Of a stretch of DNA of 64,000 bases, positions 22,474 to 33,539 are shown one piece after another. Source of the stretch: Escherichia coli (GTDB lineage: Bacteria > Pseudomonadota > Gammaproteobacteria > Enterobacterales > Enterobacteriaceae); the NCBI RefSeq assembly GCF_051903065.1, contig NZ_CP178438.1. One strand, 5' to 3'. The position numbers and the translations under genes were made by a program. Under the pieces are notes generated by a model. It was given only the letters and a program-made list of their open reading frames with translations, ran no database searches and was not told where the DNA came from. Within the stretch, counting starts at the first letter, position 1, and every line of letters begins with the position of its first letter.

Positions 22474-24126
22474 TTACGCGCTCAACAGTTGCTTCATGTC
22501 TTCTTCAACAGTGGTGATAGAACGCAGGCCGAATTTCTCGTTCAGCACCGCCAGCAGATCTGGTGTCAGGAAACCAGGTGCAGTCGGGCCGGTGACGATA
22601 TTTTTCACGCCCAGAGAAAGCAGCGTCAGCAGAATGACAATCGCTTTCTGTTCAAACCAGGAGAGCACCAGCGACAGCGGCAGATCGTTGACACCGCAGC
22701 CCAGTTTTTCTGCCAGCGTAACCGCCAGAATAATTGCTGAGTAAGCATCGTTACACTGACCGGCATCCACCAGACGAGGCAGACCTTCGATATCGCCAAA
22801 CTCAAGTTTGTTAAAGCGATATTTACCACAGGCGAGAGTCAGGATCAGGCAGTCATCCGGCACGCTGGTGGCGAAATCGGTGAAGTAGTGACGTTCGCCG
22901 CGTGCGCCGTCACAGCCACCAAGCAGGAAGATATGACGCAGTTTTTCACGGCTCACCAGATCAATTAGCGTATCCGCTGCGCCAAGCAGCGTCTGGCGGC
23001 CAAAGCCCACGGTGATCAGGTGCGGAATTTCGCTGTATGGGAAGCCTGCCATTTGTTGCGCCTGGGCAATGACCGCAGAGAAATCTTCGCCATCCAGATG
23101 ACGCACGCCAGGCCAGCCAACGATGCTGCGGGTCCAGATACGATCGTCATAAGCGCCTACGGTTGGGTCGATGATGCAGTTCGAGGTCATCACGATGGGG
23201 CCAGGGAAACGAGCGAACTCCACTTGCTGATTCTGCCAGCCGCTGCCGTAGTTACCGACCAGATGCTTGAATTTACGCAGCTCCGGGTAGCCATGCGCAG
23301 GCAGCATTTCGCCGTGGGTGTAGACATTAACGCCCGTGCCTTCGGTCTGTTCCAGCAGGTTGTAGAGATCTTTGAGATCGTGACCGGAAATCAGGATGCA
23401 TTTACCCGCCGTCGCTTTGACGTTGACTTGGGTTGGCGTCGGGTGACCGTATTTACCGGTTTCGCCTGCATCCAGAATGCTCATCACTTTGAAGTTCATC
23501 TGGCCGATTTCCATTGAACACTCAAGAAGCGCGTTCATATCGGCAGGCCAGGTCCCCAGCCACGCCATGATTTTATGATACTGGGCATAAATATCGTTGT
23601 CGTATTGACCGAGAACGTGTGCGTGTTCCATATAGGCCGCCGCACCTTTCAGGCCATACAGGCACAGCAGACGCAGGCCGAGAATGTTTTCGCCAATCGC
23701 CGCTTTATCTTTGTTAGGGGTAAATTCTGCTGCCTGACGTTGCAGTTCGCCGAGATCGTCGCTCACCAGTTGCAGGTCAGCCATCGGGTTATCGACGCGG
23801 GCGTTGGCATCTACAGCCAGGCATTGTGCTTTCAGCGCCTCGCGCAAGGCAATCGCTTCACGAGCGTAGCCGACAATACGCGGAGAATCGAAGTTAACGT
23901 TGGTCAGGGTTGAGAAAAAGGCGCGTGGCGCGAAGCTGTCGACATCGTGGTTGATGATGCCGTATTCACGCGCTTTTACCGCCCAGGCAGAAAGCCCTTG
24001 CAGCGCCGCGATGAGTAAATCCTGAAGGTCAGAGGTTTCCGCCGTTTTACCACACATCCCCTGCGCGTATGAGCAGCCGTTTCCTGCCGGAGTACGGATA
24101 GTTTGTTCACATTGCACACAAAACAT
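22474..24126 (-). CDS. hcp: Hydroxylamine reductase / hybrid-cluster protein Hcp
   Basis: 550 aa from MFCVQCEQT (N-terminal Cys cluster); hcp-hcr operon arrangement. Confidence 0.93.
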   Translation of the reverse strand: MFCVQCEQTIRTPAGNGCSYAQGMCGKTAETSDLQDLLIAALQGLSAWAVKAREYGIINHDVDSFAPRAFFSTLTNVNFDSPRIVGYAREAIALREALKAQCLAVDANARVDNPMADLQLVSDDLGELQRQAAEFTPNKDKAAIGENILGLRLLCLYGLKGAAAYMEHAHVLGQYDNDIYAQYHKIMAWLGTWPADMNALLECSMEIGQMNFKVMSILDAGETGKYGHPTPTQVNVKATAGKCILISGHDLKDLYNLLEQTEGTGVNVYTHGEMLPAHGYPELRKFKHLVGNYGSGWQNQQVEFARFPGPIVMTSNCIIDPTVGAYDDRIWTRSIVGWPGVRHLDGEDFSAVIAQAQQMAGFPYSEIPHLITVGFGRQTLLGAADTLIDLVSREKLRHIFLLGGCDGARGERHYFTDFATSVPDDCLILTLACGKYRFNKLEFGDIEGLPRLVDAGQCNDAYSAIILAVTLAEKLGCGVNDLPLSLVLSWFEQKAIVILLTLLSLGVKNIVTGPTAPGFLTPDLLAVLNEKFGLRSITTVEEDMKQLLSA

Positions 24127-24269
24127 GATCACACCTTTTAAAGTTATATTTAATATACATGTTTAAGGTTAAGACGCTTAACGCGGGGATAAAAGGGATT
24201 TTTCATGCAACTTTAAGGGAGATTGATTTAGCGCAATTTTGGCGGCAGGGATCTACCGCCAGAGAGGTA

Positions 24270-25169
24270 TTACGCAGAGAAAAAGGCGATGAGGATCGGC
24301 ACTAACAGGCTAAGAATAAAACCGTGAACAATTGCCGCCGGGACCATATCCAGCCCGCCAGTACGTTGAAGAACGGGCAGGGTGAAATCCATCGACGTCG
24401 CACCGCATAAGCCCAGTGCGGTAGAGCGGCTGCGGCGAATCAGCCCAGGGATCAACATAATTGCAATCAGCTCACGGGCCAGATCATTAAAAAACGCCGC
24501 GCTCCCGATTACCGGACCAAAAGATTCGGTCAATAAAATACCGGAAAGAGAATACCAGCCGAAACCAGAGGCCATTGCCAGCGCGGTATTGATGGGTAGA
24601 TCAAGAATAAAGGCGTTAATTAAACCACCAATTAATGAACTGGCAACCACCACCACGGCGACAATCATTCCCCGGCGATTAAGGACAATCTGCTTTAAGG
24701 TCATGCCATTATTGCGCAACTGAATACCGACGAGGAAAAGTAGCAGAATTAAGGTGTATTCACTGGCTTCGGTCGCGTGTTGTAAGAAAGCCAGTCCACT
24801 CAGGCCAATGGCAAAACCAATCACTACTACGCCGCACAGTTTTAGCGACTCAAGCGCCATCGCAATACGCGACGGGAGTTTTTCTTGCTGATGGTGGTTG
24901 CGCCACGGCAGACCGCGCTCCAGCCACATAAGGGCGGCAATATTACACAGTAAAATAACGGTAATACTGACGGCAGAATAATGCAGAATCGCCAACAGGT
25001 TACTGGCGAGGTTATCGAGAAACGCCAGACTGATACCCATAAAAAAGAGAATAAGGTAAACCATCCAGCTTAATAGCTGATTAATAACTCTTAATGCAGC
25101 TTTTTGGCGAAGCGGAATGAGGTAACCCACAATCAGGGGAACCAGAATGATTAACAGCCCAGAAAACAT
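24270..25169 (-). CDS. ybjE: Lysine exporter LysO (YbjE)
   Basis: 299-aa multi-TM ORF. Confidence 0.85.
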   Translation of the reverse strand: MFSGLLIILVPLIVGYLIPLRQKAALRVINQLLSWMVYLILFFMGISLAFLDNLASNLLAILHYSAVSITVILLCNIAALMWLERGLPWRNHHQQEKLPSRIAMALESLKLCGVVVIGFAIGLSGLAFLQHATEASEYTLILLLFLVGIQLRNNGMTLKQIVLNRRGMIVAVVVVASSLIGGLINAFILDLPINTALAMASGFGWYSLSGILLTESFGPVIGSAAFFNDLARELIAIMLIPGLIRRSRSTALGLCGATSMDFTLPVLQRTGGLDMVPAAIVHGFILSLLVPILIAFFSA

Positions 25170-25627
25170 GAAAACCCAGCCCTTGCAAAGAAAGAAGTCG
25201 AAATGCGCGATGACACACTACTGAAAGCGGAAGGACGAGTAAAGTTGCAATTAAAAGGAAATGTTATGCATCAGAGGGGGATTTTTAATTCTATATGAGT
25301 GTTTAGCATTGTTGCGCTCCTTTCATGTGCAATGCCATATAAAGCCACTGGCGCAGGGAGCGCGCAGGGGGCGGCCAGTCGCCGCCGCCCCCTGCCCCCC
25401 CCGGGCTCTGGCGAAAAAAATCGCCGCTGCGCGGTACCTTCAGCTTATCCCCTTCTGCTACCGGGTCGGGCGCGAGGTAACGTCCTGTAAGACGCGCCCT
25501 CAGCCCACATCCATGTGGGCTGCCCCGGCCTTCGGGGAACGCTTCAGCGATTTTGACGCCACCAACACCCGTGCGGTTTGTAACGTCGAAGATAAAACAA
25601 CCAGGGCAGATAAAATGCCAATGCTAA

Positions 25628-26323
25628 TTAATTACGTTTTTCCAGCAGGGTCCGGTAAATCAGACCACCGATAATGCCGCCGACAATTGGCACCACCCAG
25701 AAGAACCACAGTTGTTCTAATGCCCAGCCGCCCTGGAAGATGGCAACCGCGGTGCTGCGCGCCGGGTTAACAGAAGTGTTAGTCACCGGAATACTGATTA
25801 AGTGAATCAGGGTTAAGGCCAGACCAATAGCGATCGGCGCAAAACCTGCCGGAGCGAATTTGTCGGTTGCGCCGTGGATCACCAACAGGAAACCTGCACT
25901 CAATACCAGTTCAACTACCAGCGCGGAAAGCATGGAATAACCGCCTGGTGAATGCTCGCCATAACCGTTAGAAGCAAAACCGCTGGCTGCCGCGTCAAAA
26001 CCCGTTTTACCACTGGCAATTAAATACAGCAGCGCCGCTGCAACAATACCGCCGACAACCTGGGCAATTACGTAGCCAACGACTTCTTTTGCCGGAAAAC
26101 GTCCGCCAGCCCATAAACCAATAGTGACCGCCGGGTTAAAATGACCACCAGAAATATGACCAACAGCGAAGGCCATCGTCAGAACGGTCAAACCGAATGC
26201 CAGCGCCACGCCGGCAAAACCAATGCCTAATTCCGGGAAGCCTGCGGCCAGTACAGCACTACCACAGCCACCAAAAACAAGCCAGAAAGTACCAAAACAT
26301 TCAGCTGCTAATTTTCTGAACAT
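25628..26323 (-). CDS. aqpZ: Aquaporin Z
   Basis: 231 aa from [12 protein letters not shown]; two NPA motifs (HFNPAVT, NPARS). Confidence 0.93.
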   Translation of the reverse strand: MFRKLAAECFGTFWLVFGGCGSAVLAAGFPELGIGFAGVALAFGLTVLTMAFAVGHISGGHFNPAVTIGLWAGGRFPAKEVVGYVIAQVVGGIVAAALLYLIASGKTGFDAAASGFASNGYGEHSPGGYSMLSALVVELVLSAGFLLVIHGATDKFAPAGFAPIAIGLALTLIHLISIPVTNTSVNPARSTAVAIFQGGWALEQLWFFWVVPIVGGIIGGLIYRTLLEKRN

Positions 26324-26748
26324 ATCCACCTCAATTAAAAATTGACCCTGTGAAAAATATGGTCGTTTTATAGGGTCGTCGTAAAAAAGTGACGACGGAA
26401 ATAATGCGCGGCTATTTTAAAAACGAAGGCGAGTCATTCACCAGATAAATAAATCCAGTAAATTTGATTTAGGGCAACAGCGGGTTGCCCCATATAGTCA
26501 TTTGTCTGATTGACAGTGTAGTGCAAGCAAAAGATTTAATCCTTTAGGCGTAATAAAAAATAATTTATCATGCTAATTATTTGATTTTGTTGTTTTTGCA
26601 GACTTATCAGCAAGAGGGAGTATAACGCGATTATTCGCTCATTTTTCAGACATTTGCCATGCTTAAATGTGATGTCATCACGTATTAGCAAGGCCTTTCC
26701 CGTTATACTGCCAGCGTAAAGGATAAGTCACATATTTCTGGAGGGGAT

Positions 26749-28407
26749 ATGATTCTTGAGCGCGTTGAAATTGTGGGTTTTCGCGGTATCAACCGTTTGT
26801 CGTTGATGCTGGAACAAAACAACGTCCTGATTGGGGAGAACGCGTGGGGTAAATCCAGCTTGCTGGACGCCTTAACCCTGCTGCTATCGCCAGAATCAGA
26901 TCTCTACCATTTTGAGCGCGACGATTTCTGGTTCCCGCCGGGAGATATCAACGGGCGAGAACATCATCTGCATATTATTTTGACCTTCCGCGAATCGCTG
27001 CCAGGCCGACATCGGGTTCGCCGTTATCGGCCGCTGGAAGCGTGCTGGACGCCATGCACCGATGGCTATCACCGTATTTTTTATCGTCTGGAAGGGGAGA
27101 GTGCGGAAGACGGCAGCGTGATGACACTGCGCAGTTTTCTCGATAAAGACGGACATCCGATTGATGTTGAGGATATTAACGATCAGGCACGCCATCTGGT
27201 GCGTTTAATGCCGGTGCTGCGCTTGCGTGATGCCCGTTTTATGCGCCGTATTCGTAACGGCACAGTGCCAAATGTCCCCAATGTGGAAGTCACCGCGCGC
27301 CAGCTCGATTTCCTCGCCCGTGAGTTGTCCTCACATCCGCAAAATCTCTCTGATGGACAGATTCGTCAGGGACTTTCCGCAATGGTACAGCTGCTTGAGC
27401 ATTATTTCTCTGAGCAGGGGGCCGGACAGGCGCGATATCGTTTAATGCGGCGGCGAGCCAGCAATGAGCAACGAAGCTGGCGCTATCTGGATATCATCAA
27501 CCGGATGATTGACCGACCTGGAGGGCGCTCGTATCGGGTTATTTTGCTCGGCCTGTTTGCTACTTTATTGCAGGCAAAAGGCACATTGCGACTGGATAAA
27601 GACGCCCGTCCATTGTTGCTGATCGAAGATCCAGAAACCCGTTTACACCCCATTATGCTTTCAGTTGCCTGGCATCTGTTGAATCTTTTGCCTTTACAAC
27701 GTATTGCTACCACCAACTCTGGCGAGCTGCTTTCGTTAACTCCAGTGGAACATGTTTGCCGCCTGGTGCGTGAATCTTCTCGTGTTGCCGCCTGGCGTCT
27801 GGGGCCAAGTGGCTTGAGCACCGAAGACAGCCGCCGCATCTCTTTTCACATTCGTTTTAATCGTCCGTCATCGCTGTTTGCTCGCTGCTGGTTGCTGGTG
27901 GAAGGGGAAACGGAAACCTGGGTTATCAATGAACTGGCGCGTCAGTGCGGACATCATTTTGATGCCGAAGGGATCAAGGTCATTGAGTTTGCCCAGTCCG
28001 GGCTAAAGCCACTGGTTAAATTTGCCCGGCGAATGGGGATTGAATGGCATGTACTGGTCGATGGCGATGAAGCAGGGAAGAAATATGCCGCTACGGTACG
28101 CAGCCTGTTGAATAATGATCGGGAAGCCGAACGAGAACATTTAACGGCGTTACCGGCGCTGGATATGGAACATTTTATGTATCGCCAGGGATTTTCCGAT
28201 GTGTTCCACCGCGTGGCGCAAATCCCGGAAAATGTACCGATGAATCTGCGCAAAATTATCTCGAAAGCGATCCATCGCTCTTCCAAACCCGATCTTGCCA
28301 TTGAAGTGGCAATGGAGGCCGGACGTCGTGGTGTGGACTCCGTACCGACGCTGCTGAAAAAAATGTTCTCACGCGTGCTGTGGCTGGCGCGCGGTCGCGC
28401 GGATTAA
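26749..28407 (+). CDS. ybjD: OLD-family ATPase/Toprim nuclease YbjD
   Basis: 552 aa; N-terminal ATPase P-loop-like GENAWGKSS; C-terminal Toprim-like LLVEGETE. Confidence 0.85.
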   Translation: MILERVEIVGFRGINRLSLMLEQNNVLIGENAWGKSSLLDALTLLLSPESDLYHFERDDFWFPPGDINGREHHLHIILTFRESLPGRHRVRRYRPLEACWTPCTDGYHRIFYRLEGESAEDGSVMTLRSFLDKDGHPIDVEDINDQARHLVRLMPVLRLRDARFMRRIRNGTVPNVPNVEVTARQLDFLARELSSHPQNLSDGQIRQGLSAMVQLLEHYFSEQGAGQARYRLMRRRASNEQRSWRYLDIINRMIDRPGGRSYRVILLGLFATLLQAKGTLRLDKDARPLLLIEDPETRLHPIMLSVAWHLLNLLPLQRIATTNSGELLSLTPVEHVCRLVRESSRVAAWRLGPSGLSTEDSRRISFHIRFNRPSSLFARCWLLVEGETETWVINELARQCGHHFDAEGIKVIEFAQSGLKPLVKFARRMGIEWHVLVDGDEAGKKYAATVRSLLNNDREAEREHLTALPALDMEHFMYRQGFSDVFHRVAQIPENVPMNLRKIISKAIHRSSKPDLAIEVAMEAGRRGVDSVPTLLKKMFSRVLWLARGRAD

Positions 28408-29396
28408 CCGCGAAACATCGTGGCCATTTGTGGCTGAATAGCGTCGAGCATCTCATAGCGCCGACGGTATTCAGCCCGTTTTTTACTGGCGATTTCGGCA
28501 ATCTCTTTTCGTGCTATCTGTGCTGGAAGGCGGTAATGGCGTTCAGCATCACATACGCCGCCAACCGACTCCCAGAAAGCGTTGTAATCGGCATGGATCT
28601 TGCCTTCTTTATCGCGATAACGCAGGCTGCGGTAAATATGCGTTTCATTGCTGACGGCAATAATCTGCTCTACCTGCAAACGTTGGGCAAACAGACAGGC
28701 CGCTTCCATCACGAGGCGTTTGGGAAATAGCCCGTGGCAGGCTTTCGTCGCATTCTGGATTTCCTGATGTGGAATTTCCCATTTTGCGCCTTGCAGTCCG
28801 CCAATAAACATCGTTCTTTTCCCCTGATATTCACACAGGGTAAACGTGATCTCTGCCAGAGGAATACCTTCGCTGTTGCGGAACAGGATTGTGCTGTCAC
28901 CTTCTTTATCCATTGAGATCATCATGGTCAGCTCAAGCGTGAACTGCTCGCCGTTTTTGCCTTCCAGCTTCGCCAGTTGCAGCCCGGGGGTATTCAAATA
29001 TAAGCTGAATTCTTCCGCCGACATACATCCGCGGAGTAACGCATAATGGTAACGTAACGCCTCCAGCAATTGCTTACGGCTAAGATTCGCCGCAAGGTAA
29101 GGGCGATGCAGACGTACAGGCAGTCGCGGCTGGCGCGTTAACAACACATTGAGATTAGGCCAGTGGGAAAGTTCGTTCATCCACTCAACGCTTAAACGCG
29201 GCATAATCAACGAGCGCAGCAAAAATTTCTGGCGAAAACTACGGCGATGCCAGAATTTACCCGGCCGACACTGTCCACGTGCCAGACTAAGAAAAAGTGA
29301 CAGGCTGCTGAGAGATTCAGATGGCGTAAAGGTCCGTTCAGTTAGCTGCGACATATTCATGAAATCAATGGTTATACATGACGTCGATTTCACCAT
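28404..29396 (-). CDS. ybjX: DUF535/VirK-family protein YbjX
   Basis: 330-aa ORF convergent with and overlapping the ybjD stop. Confidence 0.8.
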   Translation of the reverse strand: MVKSTSCITIDFMNMSQLTERTFTPSESLSSLSLFLSLARGQCRPGKFWHRRSFRQKFLLRSLIMPRLSVEWMNELSHWPNLNVLLTRQPRLPVRLHRPYLAANLSRKQLLEALRYHYALLRGCMSAEEFSLYLNTPGLQLAKLEGKNGEQFTLELTMMISMDKEGDSTILFRNSEGIPLAEITFTLCEYQGKRTMFIGGLQGAKWEIPHQEIQNATKACHGLFPKRLVMEAACLFAQRLQVEQIIAVSNETHIYRSLRYRDKEGKIHADYNAFWESVGGVCDAERHYRLPAQIARKEIAEIASKKRAEYRRRYEMLDAIQPQMATMFRG

Positions 29397-29510
29397 TGCG
29401 TATCTTAACCAAACATCAATAGTGTGATTACTAACGTAAATTTTAGGGTTTTGTTGATATTTCGTTGAAGTTAATGACCCGGATTGGCATATGGAGTATT
29501 CAGAATATTT

Positions 29511-30626
29511 ATGAAAAAGCGGAAAACCGTGAAGAAGCGTTACGTTATTGCGCTGGTGATAGTCATCGCCGGGCTGATTACGTTATGGAGAATTCTTAAC
29601 GCACCCTTGCCGACTTATCAGACGCTGATTGTGCGCCCCGGTGATTTACAGCAAAGCGTGCTGGCGACCGGAAAGCTGGACGCGCTGCGTAAGGTTGATG
29701 TGGGCGCGCAGGTCAGCGGTCAGTTGAAAACGCTGTCGGTGGCGATTGGCGATAAAGTAAAAAAAGACCAGCTTTTAGGGGTTATTGATCCTGAACAGGC
29801 TGAAAACCAGATCAAGGAGGTCGAAGCAACGCTGATGGAGCTACGCGCGCAGCGGCAGCAGGCGGAAGCGGAGCTGAAACTGGCGCGGGTGACGTATTCC
29901 CGTCAGCAACGTCTGGCACAAACGCAGGCGGTTTCACAGCAGGATCTCGACACCGCCGCGACGGAGATGGCTGTGAAACAGGCGCAAATTGGCACCATTG
30001 ACGCGCAAATCAAGCGCAATCAGGCTTCTCTCGATACGGCTAAAACCAATCTCGATTACACTCGCATCGTTGCCCCGATGGCCGGGGAAGTCACGCAAAT
30101 CACCACTCTGCAAGGCCAGACGGTGATTGCCGCACAACAAGCACCGAACATTCTGACGCTGGCAGATATGAGCACCATGCTGGTAAAAGCGCAGGTTTCT
30201 GAAGCGGATGTAATCCACCTGAAGCCGGGGCAAAAAGCCTGGTTTACGGTACTTGGCGATCCACTGACGCGCTACGAGGGGCAAATCAAGGATGTACTAC
30301 CGACGCCGGAAAAGGTTAACGACGCTATTTTCTATTACGCCCGTTTTGAAGTCCCCAACCCCAATGGTTTGCTGCGGCTGGATATGACTGCGCAAGTGCA
30401 TATTCAGCTCACCGATGTGAAAAATGTGCTGACGATCCCTCTGTCGGCGTTAGGCGATCCGGTTGGCGATAATCGTTATAAAGTCAAATTGTTGCGTAAT
30501 GGTGAAACACGCGAGCGTGAAGTGACGATTGGCGCACGTAACGATACCGATGTTGAGATTGTCAAAGGGCTGGAAGCGGGCGATGAAGTGGTGATTGGTG
30601 AGGCCAAACCAGGAGCTGCACAATGA
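29511..30626 (+). CDS. macA: Macrolide efflux membrane fusion protein MacA
   Basis: 371 aa from [12 protein letters not shown]; coiled-coil membrane-fusion-protein sequence; stop overlaps macB. Confidence 0.92.
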   Translation: MKKRKTVKKRYVIALVIVIAGLITLWRILNAPLPTYQTLIVRPGDLQQSVLATGKLDALRKVDVGAQVSGQLKTLSVAIGDKVKKDQLLGVIDPEQAENQIKEVEATLMELRAQRQQAEAELKLARVTYSRQQRLAQTQAVSQQDLDTAATEMAVKQAQIGTIDAQIKRNQASLDTAKTNLDYTRIVAPMAGEVTQITTLQGQTVIAAQQAPNILTLADMSTMLVKAQVSEADVIHLKPGQKAWFTVLGDPLTRYEGQIKDVLPTPEKVNDAIFYYARFEVPNPNGLLRLDMTAQVHIQLTDVKNVLTIPLSALGDPVGDNRYKVKLLRNGETREREVTIGARNDTDVEIVKGLEAGDEVVIGEAKPGAAQ

Positions 30627-32569
30627 CGCCTTTGCTCGAATTAAAGGATATTCGTCGCAGCTATCCTGCCGGTGATGAGCAGGTTGAGGTGCTGAAGGGC
30701 ATCACCCTCGATATTTATGCCGGTGAGATGGTAGCGATTGTTGGCGCTTCGGGTTCCGGTAAATCGACCCTGATGAATATTCTCGGCTGTCTGGATAAGG
30801 CCACCAGCGGCACCTATCGCGTCGCCGGTCAGGATGTTGCCACACTGGACGCCGATGCGCTGGCGCAACTGCGCCGCGAGCATTTCGGCTTTATTTTCCA
30901 GCGTTACCATTTGCTTTCGCATTTAACCGCCGAGCAGAACGTTGAAGTACCCGCCGTCTATGCTGGTCTTGAGCGGAAACAGCGGCTGCTTCGCGCCCAG
31001 GAGTTGCTGCAACGGCTGGGGCTGGAAGACCGTACAGAGTATTATCCGGCACAGCTTTCGGGCGGTCAGCAACAGCGCGTCAGCATCGCGCGGGCATTGA
31101 TGAACGGCGGTCAGGTAATTCTTGCCGATGAACCAACCGGCGCACTGGACAGCCATTCTGGCGAAGAGGTGATGGCGATCCTGCATCAGCTGCGCGATCG
31201 CGGACATACGGTGATTATCGTCACCCACGATCCGCAGGTCGCTGCTCAGGCCGAGCGGGTGATCGAAATTCGCGACGGCGAAATTGTGCGCAATCCTCCC
31301 GCCATTGAAAAAGTGAATGTTGCTGGCGGGACGGAACCTGTTGTCAACACGGTGTCTGGCTGGCGGCAGTTTGTCAGCGGTTTTAACGAGGCGCTGACGA
31401 TGGCATGGCGGGCGCTGGCAGCGAATAAAATGCGTACTTTACTGACCATGCTGGGGATTATAATCGGTATTGCGTCGGTGGTTTCCATTGTCGTGGTGGG
31501 CGACGCCGCCAAACAAATGGTGTTGGCGGATATTCGTTCTATTGGTACGAATACTATTGATGTCTATCCCGGGAAAGATTTTGGCGATGACGATCCGCAA
31601 TATCAGCAGGCGCTGAAGTACGATGACTTAATCGCCATCCAAAAACAACCGTGGGTCGCTTCAGCCACACCTGCCGTCTCGCAAAACCTGCGCCTGCGTT
31701 ACAACAATGTTGATGTTGCTGCCAGTGCCAATGGCGTGAGCGGCGATTATTTTAATGTCTATGGCATGACCTTCAGTGAAGGAAACACCTTTAACCAGGA
31801 ACAGCTGAACGGTCGTGCGCAGGTCGTGGTTCTCGACAGTAATACTCGCCGCCAGCTTTTCCCCCATAAAGCAGATGTGGTTGGCGAGGTGATTCTGGTC
31901 GGCAATATGCCCGCCAGAGTCATTGGTGTGGCGGAAGAAAAACAGTCGATGTTTGGTAGCAGTAAAGTGCTGCGTGTCTGGCTACCTTACAGCACGATGT
32001 CCGGGCGAGTTATGGGCCAGTCGTGGCTGAACTCCATTACTGTCAGGGTGAAAGAAGGATTTGACAGCGCCGAGGCGGAACAGCAACTCACGCGTTTACT
32101 TTCACTGCGCCACGGTAAGAAGGATTTCTTTACCTGGAACATGGACGGCGTCTTGAAAACCGTTGAAAAGACCACACGTACTTTACAACTGTTTCTGACG
32201 CTGGTGGCGGTGATTTCGCTGGTAGTGGGCGGTATTGGTGTAATGAATATTATGCTGGTGTCAGTGACCGAGCGGACGCGGGAAATTGGCATTCGCATGG
32301 CTGTAGGTGCGCGAGCAAGCGATGTTTTGCAACAGTTCCTGATCGAAGCCGTACTGGTTTGCCTGGTCGGTGGCGCGTTGGGAATAACACTGTCACTGTT
32401 AATTGCTTTCACCTTGCAGCTTTTCTTGCCCGGCTGGGAGATTGGTTTTTCACCGTTGGCACTGCTGCTGGCGTTTCTCTGCTCGACGGTCACCGGGATT
32501 TTATTTGGCTGGTTACCCGCACGAAATGCGGCACGACTGGATCCAGTAGATGCTCTGGCACGAGAATAA
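30623..32569 (+). CDS. macB: Macrolide efflux ABC transporter MacB
   Basis: 648 aa; N-terminal ABC ATPase ([17 protein letters not shown]) fused to C-terminal FtsX-like permease. Confidence 0.92.
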   Translation: MTPLLELKDIRRSYPAGDEQVEVLKGITLDIYAGEMVAIVGASGSGKSTLMNILGCLDKATSGTYRVAGQDVATLDADALAQLRREHFGFIFQRYHLLSHLTAEQNVEVPAVYAGLERKQRLLRAQELLQRLGLEDRTEYYPAQLSGGQQQRVSIARALMNGGQVILADEPTGALDSHSGEEVMAILHQLRDRGHTVIIVTHDPQVAAQAERVIEIRDGEIVRNPPAIEKVNVAGGTEPVVNTVSGWRQFVSGFNEALTMAWRALAANKMRTLLTMLGIIIGIASVVSIVVVGDAAKQMVLADIRSIGTNTIDVYPGKDFGDDDPQYQQALKYDDLIAIQKQPWVASATPAVSQNLRLRYNNVDVAASANGVSGDYFNVYGMTFSEGNTFNQEQLNGRAQVVVLDSNTRRQLFPHKADVVGEVILVGNMPARVIGVAEEKQSMFGSSKVLRVWLPYSTMSGRVMGQSWLNSITVRVKEGFDSAEAEQQLTRLLSLRHGKKDFFTWNMDGVLKTVEKTTRTLQLFLTLVAVISLVVGGIGVMNIMLVSVTERTREIGIRMAVGARASDVLQQFLIEAVLVCLVGGALGITLSLLIAFTLQLFLPGWEIGFSPLALLLAFLCSTVTGILFGWLPARNAARLDPVDALARE

Positions 32570-32580
32570 TTTTTGAGATA

Positions 32581-32609
32581 AAAATGCCAGCCGATCGGGC
32601 TGGCATTTT
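32581..32609. terminator. Bidirectional terminator between macB and cspD
   Basis: Hairpin aaaatgccagccgatcgggctggcatttt. Confidence 0.55.
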
Positions 32610-32641
32610 GCCTTTAGGATGTACACAATGAGACAGAAGAG

Positions 32642-32866
32642 CTATGCGACTGCCGCTTCTACTTCGACGGGCACAATAACACTGGCGTGATTGCCTTTTG
32701 GCCCCTGGTGGACATCAAACTGAACGGATTGTCCAGCTTTTAGCGTTCTGTAACCATCCATCTGAATGGTGGAATAATGAGCGAAAATATCTTCGCCGCC
32801 GCCTTCAGGGCAGATGAAACCAAACCCTTTGGCATTGTTGAACCACTTAACAGTACCCTTTTCCAT
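32642..32866 (-). CDS. cspD: Cold-shock-domain protein CspD
   Basis: 74 aa from MEKGTVKWFNNAKGFGFI (CSD RNP motifs). Confidence 0.9.
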   Translation of the reverse strand: MEKGTVKWFNNAKGFGFICPEGGGEDIFAHYSTIQMDGYRTLKAGQSVQFDVHQGPKGNHASVIVPVEVEAAVA

Positions 32867-33188
32867 GCTTCGACATCCTTCGCAAATCTTATACAAGTAA
32901 GATGGAATAAACCGGGGTCAGAGAGGGGGCTGTTCAAAACCTCGCCAACTCTAGAAATACAATTTAGAGAATTAGGGCGAGCCGTCAAGCATTTGACAGG
33001 GGACAGGGGGCAGGTATGAATCAAAAATTTGAAGCAGTTAACGCTATTGACAGGAATGTGACAGATGTCGCTGATGCCAACGATAGATGATAGTTATCTA
33101 TCATGTGGAGTAGATTGGTCAGGCAAATAAGCTCTTGTCAGCGGCAGGGCGTTCTGCCGATAACCGTAACCGAAGATGATAACTGACA

Positions 33189-33509
33189 ATGGGTAAAACG
33201 AACGACTGGCTGGACTTTGATCAACTGGCGGAAGAAAAAGTTCGCGACGCGCTAAAACCGCCATCTATGTATAAAGTGATATTAGTCAATGATGATTACA
33301 CTCCGATGGAGTTTGTTATTGACGTGTTACAAAAATTCTTTTCTTATGATGTAGAACGTGCAACGCAATTGATGCTCGCTGTTCACTACCAGGGGAAGGC
33401 CATTTGCGGAGTCTTTACCGCCGAGGTTGCAGAAACCAAAGTGGCGATGGTGAACAAGTACGCGAGGGAGAATGAGCATCCATTGCTGTGTACGCTAGAA
33501 AAAGCCTGA
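33189..33509 (+). CDS. clpS: ClpA adaptor protein ClpS
   Basis: 106-aa ORF matching ClpS; directly upstream of clpA. Confidence 0.93.
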
Positions 33510-33539
33510 ATGCAGGCATAAAAATTGGGGGAGGTGCCT

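Noticed and set aside
25261-25674. 137-aa and 63-aa plus-strand ORFs in the ybjE-aqpZ intergenic region
   Set aside because: Pro/Arg/Ala-rich translations of a GC-rich hairpin region that overlap the aqpZ 3' end; kept only as a possible structured-RNA observation.
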